A stretch of DNA of 64,000 bases from Bradymonadia bacterium. GTDB taxonomy: Bacteria; Myxococcota_A; Bradymonadia; UBA7976; UBA1532. Location: positions 203,402 to 267,401 of the forward strand of contig JBKAGE010000082.1 in assembly GCA_046290225.1 (NCBI GenBank). Direction: 5' to 3'. This document shows, in pieces, positions 30,601-41,474 of this stretch. Within the stretch, counting starts at the first letter, position 1; each line of letters starts with the position of its first letter. Below the pieces are notes generated by a model. It ran no database searches, was not told the origin of the DNA, and worked only from the letters and a program-made list of their open reading frames with translations. A program made the translations under genes and the position numbers.

Positions 30601-33600
30601 CCGTCGATGATGCCGTCACCATCGGTGTCGGCGACGTTGGGATCAGTTTCGCCCTCGTCGAGGATGCCGTTGTTGTTGGCGTCCTCACCCTCGGCGCACA
30701 CGTCGATCACCGTCTCGGCGCCGTCACAGAGACCGTCGTCGTCGGTGTCGGGATCCAGCGGATCAGTGGGGTTGTCACCGTTGGTCTCAGTGCCGTCGTC
30801 GATGCCGTCACCGTCGGTGTCAGCGGTGTTCGGGTCAGTCTCGCCCTCGTCGATGGCGCCGTTGTTGTTGATGTCTTCGCCGGCGATGCAGACGCCGTCC
30901 ACGATGGCGCTGCCGTCACAGAGACCGTCGCCATCCGTGTCGGGGTTCAGCGGGTTCGTGGGGTTGGCGCCGAGGACCTCAGGGCCGTCGAGGATGCCAT
31001 CGTCATCGGTGTCGGGATCATTGGGATCCGTACCCGCGGTCTCCTCGTCACGGTCGAGCAGACCGTCGCCGTCGCTGTCGACACGGTCATCGTTGGGATC
31101 GAGCGGATCAGTGCCATCGACGAGCACCTCGGTGCCGTCGTCGACGCCGCCGTTGTCGGTGTCCGCGGTGTTCGGGTCAGTCTCGCCTGCGTCGATGGCG
31201 CCGTTGTTGTTGGCGTCCTCGCCGTCCACACACACATCGGCCACGTCAGCGCTGCCGTCACAGAGACCATCATCGTCGGAGTCAGGATCCCGGGGGTCCG
31301 TGGGGTTGTCGCCGAGGCGCTCGGTGCCATCGGAGATGCCATCAGCGTCGGTGTCGGGGTTGTTCGGATCGGTCTCGCCCTCGTCGAGCACGCCGTCGGC
31401 GTCGAGATCCTCACCGGCGACACAGATGCCGTCGAAGGCCACGGGGCCGTCGCAGAGGCCGTCGTCGTCAGCGTCGACGTCGTCGTCGTCGGGATCCACG
31501 TCCGTGGGCACACCGTCGCCGTCCTGATCGTTCGTCGAGGCGATGGTCACCGTCGTGGCGTCGCCGATGATCAGCTCAGTGCTGGGATCGTCCGAGACGA
31601 TGCCCCCGTAGCCGTCGTCGGCGGCGAGGGTGGCCTGGTTGCTGAACTGGGTGCCTGCAGGACGGGGACTGGCCACAGTGACCTGGAAGCCCAGGGTGAC
31701 CGCCTCGCCCGGAGGCAGGCTGGCGATGGTGGCCGTGATCCGGGTGGGATCAGCGAGGACCGCGGCGTTGCCGAAGTCCGCCGGGAACACATTGGCCGAG
31801 CCCGGCACCAGGGTGACATGGGTCTCGTCCACGACATCGTCGATGACCACGTTGGTGGCCGTGGCGGTGCCGGTGTTGCTCGCCGTCACCTGCCACGTGA
31901 TCACATCGCCGGGCTCCACATCGCCACCATTGATGTCCACGAAGGTCTTGTTGAAGACCAGTCGGGGCGCGTCGGGGGCCACCCGAATCTCCACGGTGTC
32001 GTCGCCCTCGTTGTTCCGACCGAAGACACCGTCGGTGTCGGCGTAGTCGGAGTTTGGCGACAGGCGGATGATGTCTGCACCGGGCACCGTCTGGTACTCA
32101 CCGAGGGTGGCCGCGAGCAAACCCTCGTCGGGGCCGATGGCCTGCTCCGCCACAGCGCGGAAGTTCCATGCAAAGGCGTCGCCGGGGTTGGTGCAGCCGG
32201 CGAGATCGATGCGCAGGATGCCGTTGTCGAGGAGATCGGCCTCGTCGGCCTCGTCGGTGTCACCATCATTGTCATTGTCGATGCCGTCGTTCGCCGGATC
32301 AGCGAGCACTAGGCCATCGGGGATGGTGAAGGTGATGTCGGTGTCGCACACCAGGCCGTCGAGCAGGTTCTCGTACTCGAGGCGGAAGTTCACCTCTTCA
32401 CCGGCCTCGGGGGTGGTGTTGTCGGCGCTGATGCGCATGCGGGGGCCCGACAACCGGATGTGCACGGGGATGTCCACCCGGTCGGTCAGGCGGCCGTCCA
32501 GGGAGACCTCGGCGCTCTGGAACTCGTCCACAGCGGAGGCGAGGAACCGGGTGGGCTGATGCTCGGCGGTCACCCGAAGCACGAAGCTGTTGTTCGTGGG
32601 ATCGTTGTCGCCGTAGGCGATCACAGTGCCCACGTACATCAGCAGCCCGGCGCTGGGCACCCCGCTCACCGCAGGATCGAAGTTGGGCACCTCGGGGAAC
32701 TCGCCGTTGAAGTTGTCGGCGATGCGCTCGATGCGGGTCAGGGTGAGACCCTCGTAGGGCAGCTCCCGCACCCGCATGATGGGGCTGGTGCCCTCGGCCA
32801 CGGTGACGGTGATGTCGTAGACGACCGTCTGGCCCACCGAGATGTCGGGCTCAAAGCCCGAGAGGGGCTCCGCGCTCACGAAGACCTTCTCGATGGTGGG
32901 ATCAGGCACGTCGATGTCGGCGTTGCCCACGACGATGTAGTCGTCAGGGCCAACGTCAGCGCCGGTCCGCTCCCCGGCGACGTTGCCGAGCAGGCTGGTC
33001 CAGGTGACCTCGAGGGGGTAGCCGGTGTCCACGGCGCCAGCGCGATCGTTGAGCAGCACCGACTGGATGAAGGTACAGCTCTCGCCGGGCTCGAGGGTGT
33101 TGCCCAGGTTGCCGGCGCCGTCGGGCAGACAGGTACCGGCGGGGTTGCCCACGAAGTTCTCCACGTACAGAGGCTGCACGCCGAAGTCGTAAGCCAGATC
33201 CTGAGCAGGCGAGTCGCCGACGTTGGTGATCACCCACGCCATGATCGCCACGTCGCCGGCGTCTTCAGTGGGGGCCGGGCCGCTCGTCACGGTGAGCTGC
33301 GGCTCCACCACGGTGACCTCGGCTTCGGAGGTGGCGCCATTGGCGCTCATGCGGTTCACCAGCACGTCGCCGGCGTTCACCGACTCGAGGTTCTCCACCC
33401 GCGTCACCAGGGTGATGACCACCGCCTCGTCGACGCCGTCAGCGTCTCGATCGGTGTTGTTCACGGCGTCGAGGACCCAGGTCAGGTTGCGGCCGTTCAC
33501 CACCGGGGCGGGCAGGTTGGCGATGTTGATCGCCGGCTCCGCCACGATGTTCGAGCTCACATAGGCCAGGCCTTCGGGCAGAGCGTCGAAGATCTCCAGG

Positions 33601-36600
33601 CCCGCGGGGCTGTTCCCCTCGGGGATCTCCACCCGCAAGGTGAAGGTCACCTCTTCACCGATGGTGACCTCGGCGTCGCCCACCAGGGTCTTGCCCGTGC
33701 CGTAGTTGCGGATGCTCACGCCACCGTCGGGGCCCACGCGGTAGTCGTTCTGGGCCACGTCAGCGGCCCCCGTGCGCTCCGTGGAGTCGGCGTCAAAGGC
33801 CGAGAGCACGCCGGGGTCGCCGGCCTGGCTCGTCCAGGTGAGGGTGCCGTTGGCGGCGATGTCAGTCCCGGGCACGATGTCGTCGGGCACCGTGGCGCTC
33901 AGGGTGATGGTCACCGTCTCCCCCTCGGGGAAGCTGGCCCAGTTCGCCGTGAGGGTGCTGCCCACGAGGCTCGGGGCGGCGTCAGCGGCGAGGCCGGCGA
34001 CATTGTCGATGCTCAATCCCAGCAGATCTGCGGGCAGATCGACGCTCAGTGCCACGTCGAAGGCATCGTTCGAATTGTCACGGTGGTCGATGACCAAGTC
34101 GATGAGGACAGCATCACCGGCATCGGCGGCGCCTCCCTGAGTGGTCAGCGCCATCTGCATGCGGGGCTCGTCGATGATCACCGGGGGCGTGCCGTCGGTG
34201 ATCTGCTGACCGGCGCCCTCAAGGGTCCAGTCGAGGCTCACGGTGTTGCGCAGCTCGTCGCCGTTGTTGGCCTCGGCGTTGTTGAGCACCACCGCCACCA
34301 GATCGATGGCGATCTCCTCGTCGCCGTCGTCATCGGCGTTGTTGGTCACGTCGCCGAGGTCGAGGGTGAAGCCACGGCCCGCAGCGTCGACAGCGGCGGC
34401 AGGTACGCCCACCGAGAAGACCAGATCAGGATCCGCGTTGACCGCCGTCACCGAGACCACGGCGAGCTCCGCCGGGAGCGTCTCGATGATCGTCGCAGCG
34501 GGGGTCTCACCCTCGGGCACGATGGTGCGGATGCGGTAGCTGATCAGATCGCCGATTTGCACAGCGGCGAAGTTTCCGGGGGCCACTAGGCTCTTGATGA
34601 GCTGAGGCTGGGGCACCGAGAGTTCGGTGTCGGCGGAGAGTACGCCGAAGCCTGCAGCGGCGAAGTTCGCCGCGCCGTCGTCGTCCACAGAGCGGTAGCG
34701 GGTGATGGCGGCCTCACCGAGCAGGGACTCACCGGCCTGCACATCTCGATCGAGACGCACGCTGTAGCGAATCACCGCGATGTTCTGGCCGTTGTCGTCA
34801 TCGCGCTCGGCGAGGGGGGCCTCGAGGGAGAGACCGGCGCCGAAGAGATCACCGGCCACGGCGAGGGCAGAGCCGTCACCGAGGGTGGCGGTGACCCCAC
34901 CTTCCAGGGTCGCGCCGTCGGGCAGCGTCGCCGTGACCAGGGCGTCGAAGGCCGGGTGACCGCCCTGGTTCTCCACCAGCAGCGTCAGCTCCACGAGATC
35001 GCCTGCGTCGACGCCCACAGCGTCGGCGTTCTCGCCCGAAGCGTCCAGCGCAGCAGAGGAGTACGCGTTCAGGCCCGTGGGCGCAGGCAGCAGGCGGGCA
35101 TCGGCGCGATCGCCGTCGACGGCCGTAGCGCCCTGCGTAATCACCAGATCAGGGGCCAGGACCACCACCGCCTCAGCGGCTACGGAGGAAGTGCTCACCG
35201 CCTCGGTGTTCACACCGGTGGCCGTGGCCAGGTTCGCGAACTCCAGGCCGTCGTCGAAGGGCTCCGCCTGCGCCGTGAAGTCCATCTCGATGGTGACCAC
35301 CACCTGCACCGACGGCTCGTTGTTGAAGTCGGGGAAGGTGAAGATGATGGCGTTGTCAGCGGCGTTGGTGGTCACCGACTGCGGCAGCACCCCTGCGGGG
35401 TTCGAGGTCACCCGGATGGGCCCGTTGGCGTCCACGACGGGGTTGGCCCCGTGCTCCGTGGCCTGGAACAGGGCCAGGGGCAGGTAGTCGGTCACCACCA
35501 CCGACTCTTGATCCCCACTGTAGAGGGTCAGATCGAGGGCGAAGGTCACCACATCACCGGGGCGAAGTGGGGCGCCGATCTCGGGGGCGGCACCGTTCAC
35601 CGCCACAACGCGCTTCTGCAGCGCAGGCTCACCGACGAAGATCGTCTTGTCGGCCTGGCCGCGGATCTCGTCAGTGCTCTGGGGCGCTGCGTCGCCCTGC
35701 ACCACCCCGGAGAGGGTGTGCAGAGTGGGCAGCACGTCACCGCCGAGCACCAGCGAGTCGTCGCCGTACCGCTCATCTACCTGAGCACGGTACGTGATCA
35801 CTCGGGTGGTACCATTGGCTTCACCACCGGCCACAGTGCCAGCGCCTGCGGTGTTCAGAGTCAGCTGACCCGGATCGCCTTCGACGAAGCCACCGAGTTC
35901 GAAGGGCGCCGGCAGCTGTGCCGAGCCGTCGACGTAGCTCAAACCGTCGGCGAGATCAGAGACCAGCGTGTCGAAATCGAAGGTGAAGTAATCCGAGACG
36001 CTCAGATCGAGCTGGATGCGCGCCTCGTGGCCCGGCCGGAAGGGCTGATCGGGGGCAGTCTCGTTGAAGATCTGCTCCACGATGCGGAAGGCGTACACGT
36101 CCACCGCCGCCGGCGTGGTCACGGGATCGAGCACCACAGGTGGATCCGCCACATCTGCGGGGGCCAGCGTCACACCTTCCAGCGTGGGGCTGTGGGTCAC
36201 GGTGACCGGCTGCCCCGTGCCCGTGTTCGGATCGAGATCGATGGTGGGGTTTCCGGCGCCGTCGAGCTCGGTGTAGTAGCCCTCCACCGTGAACTCCACC
36301 TCGGCGCCGTCGGCCCCCACGAAGGGATCGAGCTGCACCGTGAAGCTGCCGCCAGCGTCGGGGAGCGGGAAGGCCGCGGGATCAAAGGTGACCCCGCCAG
36401 CCACCGCAGTGACCCCCGTGACCTGGAAGCGCGAGTCCACGGGGTACACCACGTCACCACCGAGGACCTCGGCACCCGCGGCGGCGTCGACCCGTACGCG
36501 GTACTGCGTGCGGGTGAAGCCCGGCCCGGAGGTGGTCGGGAAGCCGCCCGAGTGACGCAAGCCCACCACAGTGGGCGTGATGGCGATGTTCTGAGTCACC

Positions 36601-37136
36601 CCATTGATCGGCGCATCAGCCCCGGGGTTGTTCTGCGCATCCTGACCGAGATCGAAGGCACACGTAACACCTATGTCTACCGTGCTCGTCGGCGTATCAG
36701 GGGCAATGTCGAAGCGGGCCTCGATCAGCGCCTCGGGGGCATCTGCGGCGAGGCCGCTCACTGGCACCTGCAAGTGATAAAGGGTGAACCCCTCAGGGCC
36801 AGTGACCGGCTGACCCGTGATCGGGTGTGGCAGCTGGTTGCCCGGCGCAGCGGGGAACACCCCGCCATTGACGACACGGGCGGGCAAACCCAGGGCCTCG
36901 GCGCTCGACAGGCTGAATCCCGGCGGCGCGAAGAGCGCCACGCCAGGGCCAAAGCCTGCTGCATTGCCAGTGTTGTCGAGTGTGATCGCGAGCTCGACCC
37001 CATCCCCAACGAGGGGGGTGGTGGTCGACTCGAAGTCGAGCTCGAGATTGCAAGTGGGCGTTTGAGCGCTCGCGGCGCTCGAGAGCCCCGCCCAGACCAG
37101 TGCTGCTGCGCACGCGTTCCAATAATGCCGAGGCAT
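24681..37136 (-). CDS. Giant 4151-aa surface protein: DUF11/isopeptide-type Ig-like repeats, Ca-binding DxDxDG repeats, internal MYXO-CTERM-like segment, TraB-like OM barrel + TSP3 + OmpA
   Basis: RBS GGAGG and signal peptide. Repeated K....GD.VT(F/Y).I...N domains. Dozens of [16 protein letters not shown] repeats. GC...TM-RRRR segment. C-terminal GHTDSRG...NLDLSKRRA...NRRVEF OmpA domain. Confidence 0.9.
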   Translation of the reverse strand: MPRHYWNACAAALVWAGLSSAASAQTPTCNLELDFESTTTPLVGDGVELAITLDNTGNAAGFGPGVALFAPPGFSLSSAEALGLPARVVNGGVFPAAPGNQLPHPITGQPVTGPEGFTLYHLQVPVSGLAADAPEALIEARFDIAPDTPTSTVDIGVTCAFDLGQDAQNNPGADAPINGVTQNIAITPTVVGLRHSGGFPTTSGPGFTRTQYRVRVDAAAGAEVLGGDVVYPVDSRFQVTGVTAVAGGVTFDPAAFPLPDAGGSFTVQLDPFVGADGAEVEFTVEGYYTELDGAGNPTIDLDPNTGTGQPVTVTHSPTLEGVTLAPADVADPPVVLDPVTTPAAVDVYAFRIVEQIFNETAPDQPFRPGHEARIQLDLSVSDYFTFDFDTLVSDLADGLSYVDGSAQLPAPFELGGFVEGDPGQLTLNTAGAGTVAGGEANGTTRVITYRAQVDERYGDDSLVLGGDVLPTLHTLSGVVQGDAAPQSTDEIRGQADKTIFVGEPALQKRVVAVNGAAPEIGAPLRPGDVVTFALDLTLYSGDQESVVVTDYLPLALFQATEHGANPVVDANGPIRVTSNPAGVLPQSVTTNAADNAIIFTFPDFNNEPSVQVVVTIEMDFTAQAEPFDDGLEFANLATATGVNTEAVSTSSVAAEAVVVLAPDLVITQGATAVDGDRADARLLPAPTGLNAYSSAALDASGENADAVGVDAGDLVELTLLVENQGGHPAFDALVTATLPDGATLEGGVTATLGDGSALAVAGDLFGAGLSLEAPLAERDDDNGQNIAVIRYSVRLDRDVQAGESLLGEAAITRYRSVDDDGAANFAAAGFGVLSADTELSVPQPQLIKSLVAPGNFAAVQIGDLISYRIRTIVPEGETPAATIIETLPAELAVVSVTAVNADPDLVFSVGVPAAAVDAAGRGFTLDLGDVTNNADDDGDEEIAIDLVAVVLNNAEANNGDELRNTVSLDWTLEGAGQQITDGTPPVIIDEPRMQMALTTQGGAADAGDAVLIDLVIDHRDNSNDAFDVALSVDLPADLLGLSIDNVAGLAADAAPSLVGSTLTANWASFPEGETVTITLSATVPDDIVPGTDIAANGTLTWTSQAGDPGVLSAFDADSTERTGAADVAQNDYRVGPDGGVSIRNYGTGKTLVGDAEVTIGEEVTFTLRVEIPEGNSPAGLEIFDALPEGLAYVSSNIVAEPAINIANLPAPVVNGRNLTWVLDAVNNTDRDADGVDEAVVITLVTRVENLESVNAGDVLVNRMSANGATSEAEVTVVEPQLTVTSGPAPTEDAGDVAIMAWVITNVGDSPAQDLAYDFGVQPLYVENFVGNPAGTCLPDGAGNLGNTLEPGESCTFIQSVLLNDRAGAVDTGYPLEVTWTSLLGNVAGERTGADVGPDDYIVVGNADIDVPDPTIEKVFVSAEPLSGFEPDISVGQTVVYDITVTVAEGTSPIMRVRELPYEGLTLTRIERIADNFNGEFPEVPNFDPAVSGVPSAGLLMYVGTVIAYGDNDPTNNSFVLRVTAEHQPTRFLASAVDEFQSAEVSLDGRLTDRVDIPVHIRLSGPRMRISADNTTPEAGEEVNFRLEYENLLDGLVCDTDITFTIPDGLVLADPANDGIDNDNDGDTDEADEADLLDNGILRIDLAGCTNPGDAFAWNFRAVAEQAIGPDEGLLAATLGEYQTVPGADIIRLSPNSDYADTDGVFGRNNEGDDTVEIRVAPDAPRLVFNKTFVDINGGDVEPGDVITWQVTASNTGTATATNVVIDDVVDETHVTLVPGSANVFPADFGNAAVLADPTRITATIASLPPGEAVTLGFQVTVASPRPAGTQFSNQATLAADDGYGGIVSDDPSTELIIGDATTVTIASTNDQDGDGVPTDVDPDDDDVDADDDGLCDGPVAFDGICVAGEDLDADGVLDEGETDPNNPDTDADGISDGTERLGDNPTDPRDPDSDDDGLCDGSADVADVCVDGEDANNNGAIDAGETDPNTADTDNGGVDDGTEVLVDGTDPLDPNDDRVDSDGDGLLDRDEETAGTDPNDPDTDDDGILDGPEVLGANPTNPLNPDTDGDGLCDGSAIVDGVCIAGEDINNNGAIDEGETDPNTADTDGDGIDDGTETNGDNPTDPLDPDTDDDGLCDGAETVIDVCAEGEDANNNGILDEGETDPNVADTDGDGIIDGTEVNGNNPTDPLDPDSDDDGLCDGNADVADVCVSGEDVDVDGDIDEGETDPNTADTDNGGIDDGREVLVDGTDPLNPDDDLLDTDGDGLLDRDEDDLGTDPNNPDTDGDGISDGTEVNGDNPTNPLNPDTDDDGLCDGANAIDGVCVSGEDVNNNGAIDEGETDPNLADTDGDGIEDLVEIEGDNPTDPLDPDSDDDGLCDGANAIDGVCAAGEDANNNGAIDEGETDPNNPDTDNDGRSDGSEVAGDNPTDPLDRDSDDDGLLDGVEDANDNGATDADETDPNNADTDDGGVSDGLEVLFNGTDPLDPADDLADAPRDRDGDGLTDGEEIILGTDPDNPDTDGDGILDGREVNGQNPTNPLDADSDDDGLCDGGNAIEGGCAAGEDANNNGAVDEGETNPNDFDTDDGGVGDGEEVIVDDTDPLDPADDQLDDRDGDGLDDGDEDRLGTDPDNPDTDGDGISDGIEVNGENSTDPLDPDSDDDGLCDGQLPVDGICVAGEDVNNNGTLDEGETNPNDFDTDDGGVGDGQEVITDNTDPLDPADDVPGDRDGDGLNDGDEGRLGTDPDNPDTDGDGILDGTEVFGANPTDPVQADTDGDGLCDGSRSVAGICAGGEDMNNNGAVDEGETDPNNADTDNGGVPDGVEVLIDGTDPLNPLDDLGGDADNDGLDNQGEIDAGTDPLDPDSDDDGILDGPEVLGDNPTDPLDPDSDDDGLCDGSAEVEDVCVPGEDANNNGAIDEGETDPNDADTDGDGILDGTEVLGANPTDPLDRDTDDDGLCDGANELDGECSGGEDANNNGAVDEGETDPNNPDTDGDGINDGTELNGDNPTDPLDPDSDDDGLCDGANAVEDVCAAGEDVNNNGAIDEGETDPNNADTDNGGVPDGVEVTMDGTDPLDPVDDLSGDFDGDGLPNGEEVMIGTDPTNPDTDGDGINDGTEVNGENPTDPLDADSDDDGLCDGANAVEDECAAGEDVNNNGAIDEGETDPNNPDGDGDGLSDGTEVTGDNPTDPLDDDSDDDGLTDGEEDANGNGALDEGETDPNDFDTDDGGVGDGQEVMNETDPLDPSDDARGPDSDGDGLGDEDEMMRGTDPNNPDTDGDGLSDGIEVLGENPTDPLDADTDDDGLEDGEEDENQNGAIDDGETDPNNADTDGGTISDGEEVERGTDPLDPEDDVQDDDGDGIDNDTEEMLGTDPNNSDTDGDGIDDGDEVNAENATDPTNADSDGDGLCDGAVAVEDVCDEGEDMNANGAVDDGETDPNDPDTDDGGVNDGIEVGRGADPLDPNDDDPKVLGGQFFGCDASATSSAGGTAALLAFMLLALGMMRRRRLLEVARAPRARRTAQSRQVLWLALLAPVVLASMPEQAQAQANDRFDVQQFRPAPSRWGDLNSTWTGRTRGQGRYDLGVLLTFDDNPLVVEGANGDRLGHLIEHQLTANLALTLGIFDWLDLGVVAPVVLSQDGEEVPSVPGGAANDAGFGIGDIRVSARVGLVGKPGEEAGGFGLALVGDFSIPTGDNASYQGEGFGATPRVAVDYGFSGGTRLAANVGWRFREKARLANAEIDDALIWSAGAAIPVGGGFSLVPEIMGSATVAADSIDEEEIPMELLMGVRWDVLERLRLELGAATGLVQGVGTPDWRLFSGLAFRAEPYKEPAPRVDTDGDGIYDDEDKCVNEPEDKDDYEDKDGCPDPDNDGDGILDEPDQCPNDAEDKDEFEDEDGCPDLDNDKDGVPDASDKCPLDPEDVDEFEDADGCPDPDNDKDGFLDKEDKCPNDAENVNDFEDDDGCPDTRPEGPKVQCDRIDLKGQRVLFKTDSATLRDESQKLLDDVVQLMRNSPSIRKVQVGGHTDSRGPASYNLDLSKRRAEQVRRYLIDKGKLAANRLVAKGFGEDEPLEPNNTADGRRRNRRVEFKILSRIITPECKAQEEAGKKGDKPAEKAPKKASEKTSEKAPEKASEAKPAEKSPEGKSDGK
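26730..31530 (-). repeat. Coding tandem array of acidic Ca-binding repeats inside the giant ORF
   Basis: Recurring module [41 protein letters not shown]...C..GEDxNNNG.xDEG, with visible DNA-level similarity such as cggatcagtggggttgtc and gatggcgccgttgttgtt. Confidence 0.9.
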
Positions 37137-37372
37137 GAGAGAAGACCTCCCGCCAGGTTTTAAGCCACTGCCCCAATTTGGGACAGGTGTGCAAAAAAAA
37201 AGAACAAATCGAAACCAGGTAGGATGGGTGTATACACCAACCGACCTGATTCAAGACAAGGACTAGAGACAGCGTTTCGAGAGAAAAGTCACTTTTTGCT
37301 GAAAAAGCATGGCTACACGGCACTGGTCGATCGTGTTACAGCAAGCACTCTTGCAGACTGTTCCAAGGATCC

Positions 37373-38086
37373 ATGATGGGCATCTTCACCGGCAGACTCT
37401 CTTCAGCCCGACCCTTTACAGGCACCGGGCCGCTGCTCTTCTCGCTCGCCGGCCTGCTCGCCCTGCCCCTCGGCGGGTGCGACGGCAAAAAAGAGGGCGC
37501 TGATCCGGGCATTCAGCTGAGCAAGCCGAAGTGCGACGACGATGAGGGCTGCGCCAAGGGCTTCATCTGCAAGCCCGAGGGCGACAAGAAGTACTGTTTC
37601 AAGGGTGAGCGCACCGCAGAAGAGAAGGCCAAGATGAAGGCCGACAAAGAGGCGGAGCGCAAGCGCAAGCTCGAGGCCAGGAAGCCCAGCAAGCCCAAAG
37701 ATGGCGAGAGCACTCTCACTGTGCGTCTGTGCCCGGCCTTCGTGAACACCATCAACGCCACGGGCACGATCCACGCCAAGCACAAAGAGACGAACCGCTA
37801 CCACGCCCTGCACATGTCACAAGAGCTCAGAGAGGAGGAGTGGGCCACCGAGTTCACGTTCCCCTCGCTGCCTCTGGGCAAGTACAACGTCTGGGTGGAC
37901 TACGGCATCGTGGTGAAGAACCGCCCCGACGTGGTGAAGCTCAAGTGCCACGAGAAAGCCAAGCCCTGCGAGAAGGAGATCGTCCGCGAGATGGAAGTGA
38001 TCGCCTACGACAAGAGCTACAAGCCCGGGGCCAAAGACAAAGACGGCAAGCCTGTCTACAAAGACTGTGACTTCGTCGCCGAGTAA
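37373..38086 (+). CDS. Hypothetical Lys/Cys-rich lipoprotein
   Basis: Lipobox LGGC after a hydrophobic stretch. Codon usage is typical of the window. Confidence 0.7.
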   Translation: MMGIFTGRLSSARPFTGTGPLLFSLAGLLALPLGGCDGKKEGADPGIQLSKPKCDDDEGCAKGFICKPEGDKKYCFKGERTAEEKAKMKADKEAERKRKLEARKPSKPKDGESTLTVRLCPAFVNTINATGTIHAKHKETNRYHALHMSQELREEEWATEFTFPSLPLGKYNVWVDYGIVVKNRPDVVKLKCHEKAKPCEKEIVREMEVIAYDKSYKPGAKDKDGKPVYKDCDFVAE

Positions 38087-39113
38087 TCCCGAGGCCCTCG
38101 CCGCCCTCTGCCGGCAGGTCAAAGCCCTCGAAGATGCCCTGAGATCGGGGCAGCTCACCGAAACGATGGTGCTCGAGGCGCTCCAGCCCGGTGAAGATCC
38201 ACACGAGCCGGTGTCGCGGATGGTCGCCGCCTACTCGGTGCGGCTCGCCTCCCCCATGCCCCATACCGGAGCCTTTCGCGCATCTCTGGTTCATCACACC
38301 CTAGCCGAGATCTTCAGTTGGTTACGGCCACCACGTAAGACGTTTTCCGCGGTCGTCGTGGATGATCCTCAGCGCTGGCGCGTACAACCCGAGCATTCAC
38401 AGCCACTCACGATGCGGTTGGATCAGGTCGTCTCAGCAAGGCGGTGGGGTGTCGGCCTCGAGCTGCCTGCAGACGCGCACGCCGAGGTCATGACGACGCT
38501 CTGCCGCCACAGCCTCAGCCACCTCGCCGGCGTGATCAGAGACGTGGGCCACATCGAAGACCGGCTGGGCGCCGAAGGCCGCTCTCTCGATCCGGTGAAG
38601 GCCCCTGGTCGAGGCCACGATGTGGAGCGCTTGATCTGCGATGTGCTCAACGAGACGCACCCAATCGCCCGGCACGCCAGCTTGCTCGAGGATTTCTTGG
38701 AGCGCACCGACATCAGGTTGAAGCTGCCACAGCTCAAACGCCGCAAGGGCGCTCGCCTGCAGGTCTCGCTCATGGCTGACCCTGGGCAGCGTCAGAAAGC
38801 GCGCAAACTCCCAGGGGCTCGACAGGGCATCGCGGTGATCTCCCCCCTCGCCATGGCCCAACGCATCTTCGATGGCGACACGTCAGCTTCGGATGTGTTC
38901 TGGAATGCTCTGCCCCAACGACCGGTGCGTCCCGAGGGGCTGGCCCGTGTGCTCCAACATCTGTGGATGGGTGCCCTCGACAAAGCCACGGCAGATCCCC
39001 GTGGCCCCATCGCGGCCCTGGCCCCTGCGCTCCGAGCGACACTGCGTGAAGATGCTGCACAGGCAGCCATGGCGAGTACCCGGACCATGGGTCGCTCGAA
39101 GCGACGCCGGTGA
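38067..39113 (+). CDS. Hypothetical protein, possible PD-(D/E)XK-like fold
   Basis: 348-aa ORF filling the gap between genes. The start is uncertain. Pattern E..I..L...A...ED....TD....LQVS. Confidence 0.5.
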   Translation: MTSSPSNPEALAALCRQVKALEDALRSGQLTETMVLEALQPGEDPHEPVSRMVAAYSVRLASPMPHTGAFRASLVHHTLAEIFSWLRPPRKTFSAVVVDDPQRWRVQPEHSQPLTMRLDQVVSARRWGVGLELPADAHAEVMTTLCRHSLSHLAGVIRDVGHIEDRLGAEGRSLDPVKAPGRGHDVERLICDVLNETHPIARHASLLEDFLERTDIRLKLPQLKRRKGARLQVSLMADPGQRQKARKLPGARQGIAVISPLAMAQRIFDGDTSASDVFWNALPQRPVRPEGLARVLQHLWMGALDKATADPRGPIAALAPALRATLREDAAQAAMASTRTMGRSKRRR

Positions 39114-39224
39114 GGCTGGAAGACATGCGGATCTCAAAGACGAAAAACGCAGTGGTGGAACACATCGCCGCTCAGATGCATCTCACACTGCGACAACACA
39201 TTTTACGACTCATCCGAGGCCACC

Positions 39225-39542
39225 ATGACTGACCAGACCCCCAAGACCGACCACCTGGCACTGTACGCCTACCCCACCTGCCCGTTCTGTCGTCGGGTCT
39301 CGAAGGCCATCGACGATCTGGGGCTCGAGGTGGAGTACCGCAACATCCATCAGGATCGAGCGGCCTATCAGGCCCTACTTCAGGCCCGAGGACGCGGCAC
39401 AGTGCCCGTGCTCCGCATCGACGGCGAAGGCGGTGACACCTGGATGCCAGAGTCTGCCGACATCGTTGATTATTTATATAAAGAATTCGGCAACGGCCGC
39501 ACCCCACCGCGCTCTGGTGGCCTCTTCGGGCTCTTCGGCTGA
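39225..39542 (+). CDS. Glutaredoxin family protein
   Basis: CPFC active site, TVPVL and MPESADI. Confidence 0.9.
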   Translation: MTDQTPKTDHLALYAYPTCPFCRRVSKAIDDLGLEVEYRNIHQDRAAYQALLQARGRGTVPVLRIDGEGGDTWMPESADIVDYLYKEFGNGRTPPRSGGLFGLFG

Positions 39543-39868
39543 CCTGCTCGACGCCTCCAGATCCCCCTCACCTTCACCCCCCCGCCTGGGGCCTCTGCAC
39601 CACAGATCTGGGAACAATCTCAACGATGACGGGGTTGTATCTCGGGCCATTGCGTGGTTCTATATCGCAATTTTGTGCTCACAGAGGTCTTACGTGATTC
39701 GCAATCGAACCGGGGCACCCACCCACAGTCTGAAGCCGACGGCGCAGGCAGATTGGGCCGGGCGCCGGGGTGATGCCCCCTCACGTCCGTGGTCAGACGA
39801 TTCTGACCGTGCGGCGGTGCCAGTTCTGAACCTCGTCACGTCGAGGCCCATGCCCCGGAGGTCAGTAG

Positions 39869-40363
39869 ATGGCTGAGTTTACAGTTGGTGACATGGCAGT
39901 TTACCAGGACAATGGTGTTGGCCAGATCACCGACATCAGCACCATGGAAATCAGCGGTTCCCAGATCAAGGTCTACGTGTTGAGGATTCTGGAGAACGGC
40001 GCCACCATTCGGATTCCCACCAGCAGGGCCACCTCGATCGGCCTGCGGGAGGTGATCCCCCCAGAGACCGTCCCGGAGGTGTACGCCATCCTGCGCGAGC
40101 AGGGCAAGAAGCCCGAGGACAAGACCTGGAACCGCCGCTACCGCGCCTACAAGGACAAGCTCAAGACCGGCTCGGTCTACGAGATCGCCCGCGTGCTCCG
40201 GGATCTCTACCGACTGCAGGGCGAGAAAGAGCTCAGCTACGGTGAGCGCCAGATGCTCAACCAGGCCCGCAACCTGCTCGTGAAGGAGCTCTCCATCGCC
40301 ACCAACAAGGGCGAGTCGGAGATCAGCCAGGAGCTCGAGGAGCTGTTCTCCATCGAGCCCTGA
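39869..40363 (+). CDS. carD: CarD/CdnL family RNA-polymerase-binding transcription regulator
   Basis: FTVGD..VY...GVG.I, TWNRRYR..DKLKTGSVYEIA.VLRDL...KELSYGERQML. RBS GGAGG. Confidence 0.92.
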   Translation: MAEFTVGDMAVYQDNGVGQITDISTMEISGSQIKVYVLRILENGATIRIPTSRATSIGLREVIPPETVPEVYAILREQGKKPEDKTWNRRYRAYKDKLKTGSVYEIARVLRDLYRLQGEKELSYGERQMLNQARNLLVKELSIATNKGESEISQELEELFSIEP

Positions 40364-40579
40364 TCACCCGCTCTACATCGTCTTCTGGCGACCCACCAGC
40401 ATCAAATCTCCAAACTTCCCGCCGTTATCGTTGTCAGATCTGTCGATCATCCGCTATCAGCGGTCCTAGAGCAGTCTAGAGCAGTATGAGACATGATCTG
40501 CTCCAAGGCGCTGATGCTCCAGGCTGACCGCCGATCGCTCACATTACGAGACCCTGCGTCTCGCACGGAGTCGTGCCCG

Positions 40580-41419
40580 ATGGCCAGACGACGGACGCGC
40601 AAATACAACACCGCCAACAAAGGCAAGGGCTCGGCCACTGAGCTCTTCGGGGTGGAAGGACCAGAAGCCAGCCCCGAAGGGGTCGACCTCACGGCCCCCA
40701 CCGCCACAGGGGCCTCGCCTGATCTCGACGGGGCCGCTGCGGACGACTGGTACGACGACGAGGACGATGCACCACAACCACGTGGGGTGAGCTACTCGGG
40801 TTTGATGATGCGGCATCCGTTGTTGCTGCTCTTCGTCATCGGTCTCGGGGTCTTCACCATCATCCGGGAGCTGCCCTCGGCGCAGCTGTTCTTCGCCGAC
40901 CCAACGGTGATCAATTACGGCGATCTGATCGAGCGCCCCCAAATGCGAGCCGACGGCAAAGAACCACCAGCCTTCGACCACGGCGTGTTCTGCACCCTCG
41001 CCGGCACGGTGAACAGCCTCACGATGCAATATCAGGGGGCCCGCAACAGCAATGGCGAGAGCACCAACACTGCGGCGAAGTACTTCGTGAAGATCGCCGG
41101 CGACTCGGTGTTCTTGATCATCGCCGCAGATCGGGAAGATGTGCAGACGCACATTCGGAGCATGACCACGCTGGTGGGCTTCGGCTTCGAAGAGCAGGGG
41201 CGCATGATCAACGCGGATCACGATCCGATCTACGCCTCTACGGCCCGCACGCTGCGGCTGCACTACAACATCAAGGATGACGAGCCTCTCTGGCTCTTCG
41301 ACACCACCGACACCCCGAGCGCGTATCGCGGCCACTTCCTCATCGTGTGCTTCTCGGGTCTGGTGATTCTGGTGGCCCTCTTCGGCCTGTTCAGATACTG
41401 GCGTCGCCGCGAAGCCTGA
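40580..41419 (+). CDS. Hypothetical membrane protein (two TM helices)
   Basis: Two hydrophobic segments flank a soluble domain, with a C-terminal RRR. ATG 40580 chosen as the start. Confidence 0.65.
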   Translation: MARRRTRKYNTANKGKGSATELFGVEGPEASPEGVDLTAPTATGASPDLDGAAADDWYDDEDDAPQPRGVSYSGLMMRHPLLLLFVIGLGVFTIIRELPSAQLFFADPTVINYGDLIERPQMRADGKEPPAFDHGVFCTLAGTVNSLTMQYQGARNSNGESTNTAAKYFVKIAGDSVFLIIAADREDVQTHIRSMTTLVGFGFEEQGRMINADHDPIYASTARTLRLHYNIKDDEPLWLFDTTDTPSAYRGHFLIVCFSGLVILVALFGLFRYWRRREA

Positions 41420-41474
41420 TGTCACCACGCTGTCACCGCGTGTTTTGCATCGAGGTTCACGCTACACTCCCCCC

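Noticed and set aside
26730..31530. Regularly recurring DNA repeats that could suggest a CRISPR array
   Set aside because: The repeats are degenerate at third codon positions, in frame within a protein, have no unique spacers, and no cas genes are present.
27429..32312. 1627-aa plus-strand ORF, and other long antisense ORFs such as 13845..16397, 32460..34589 and 34956..37163
   Set aside because: These are shadow ORFs. They mirror strongly biased GC-rich codons of the real opposite-strand genes, have V/G/A-rich composition and show no motifs.
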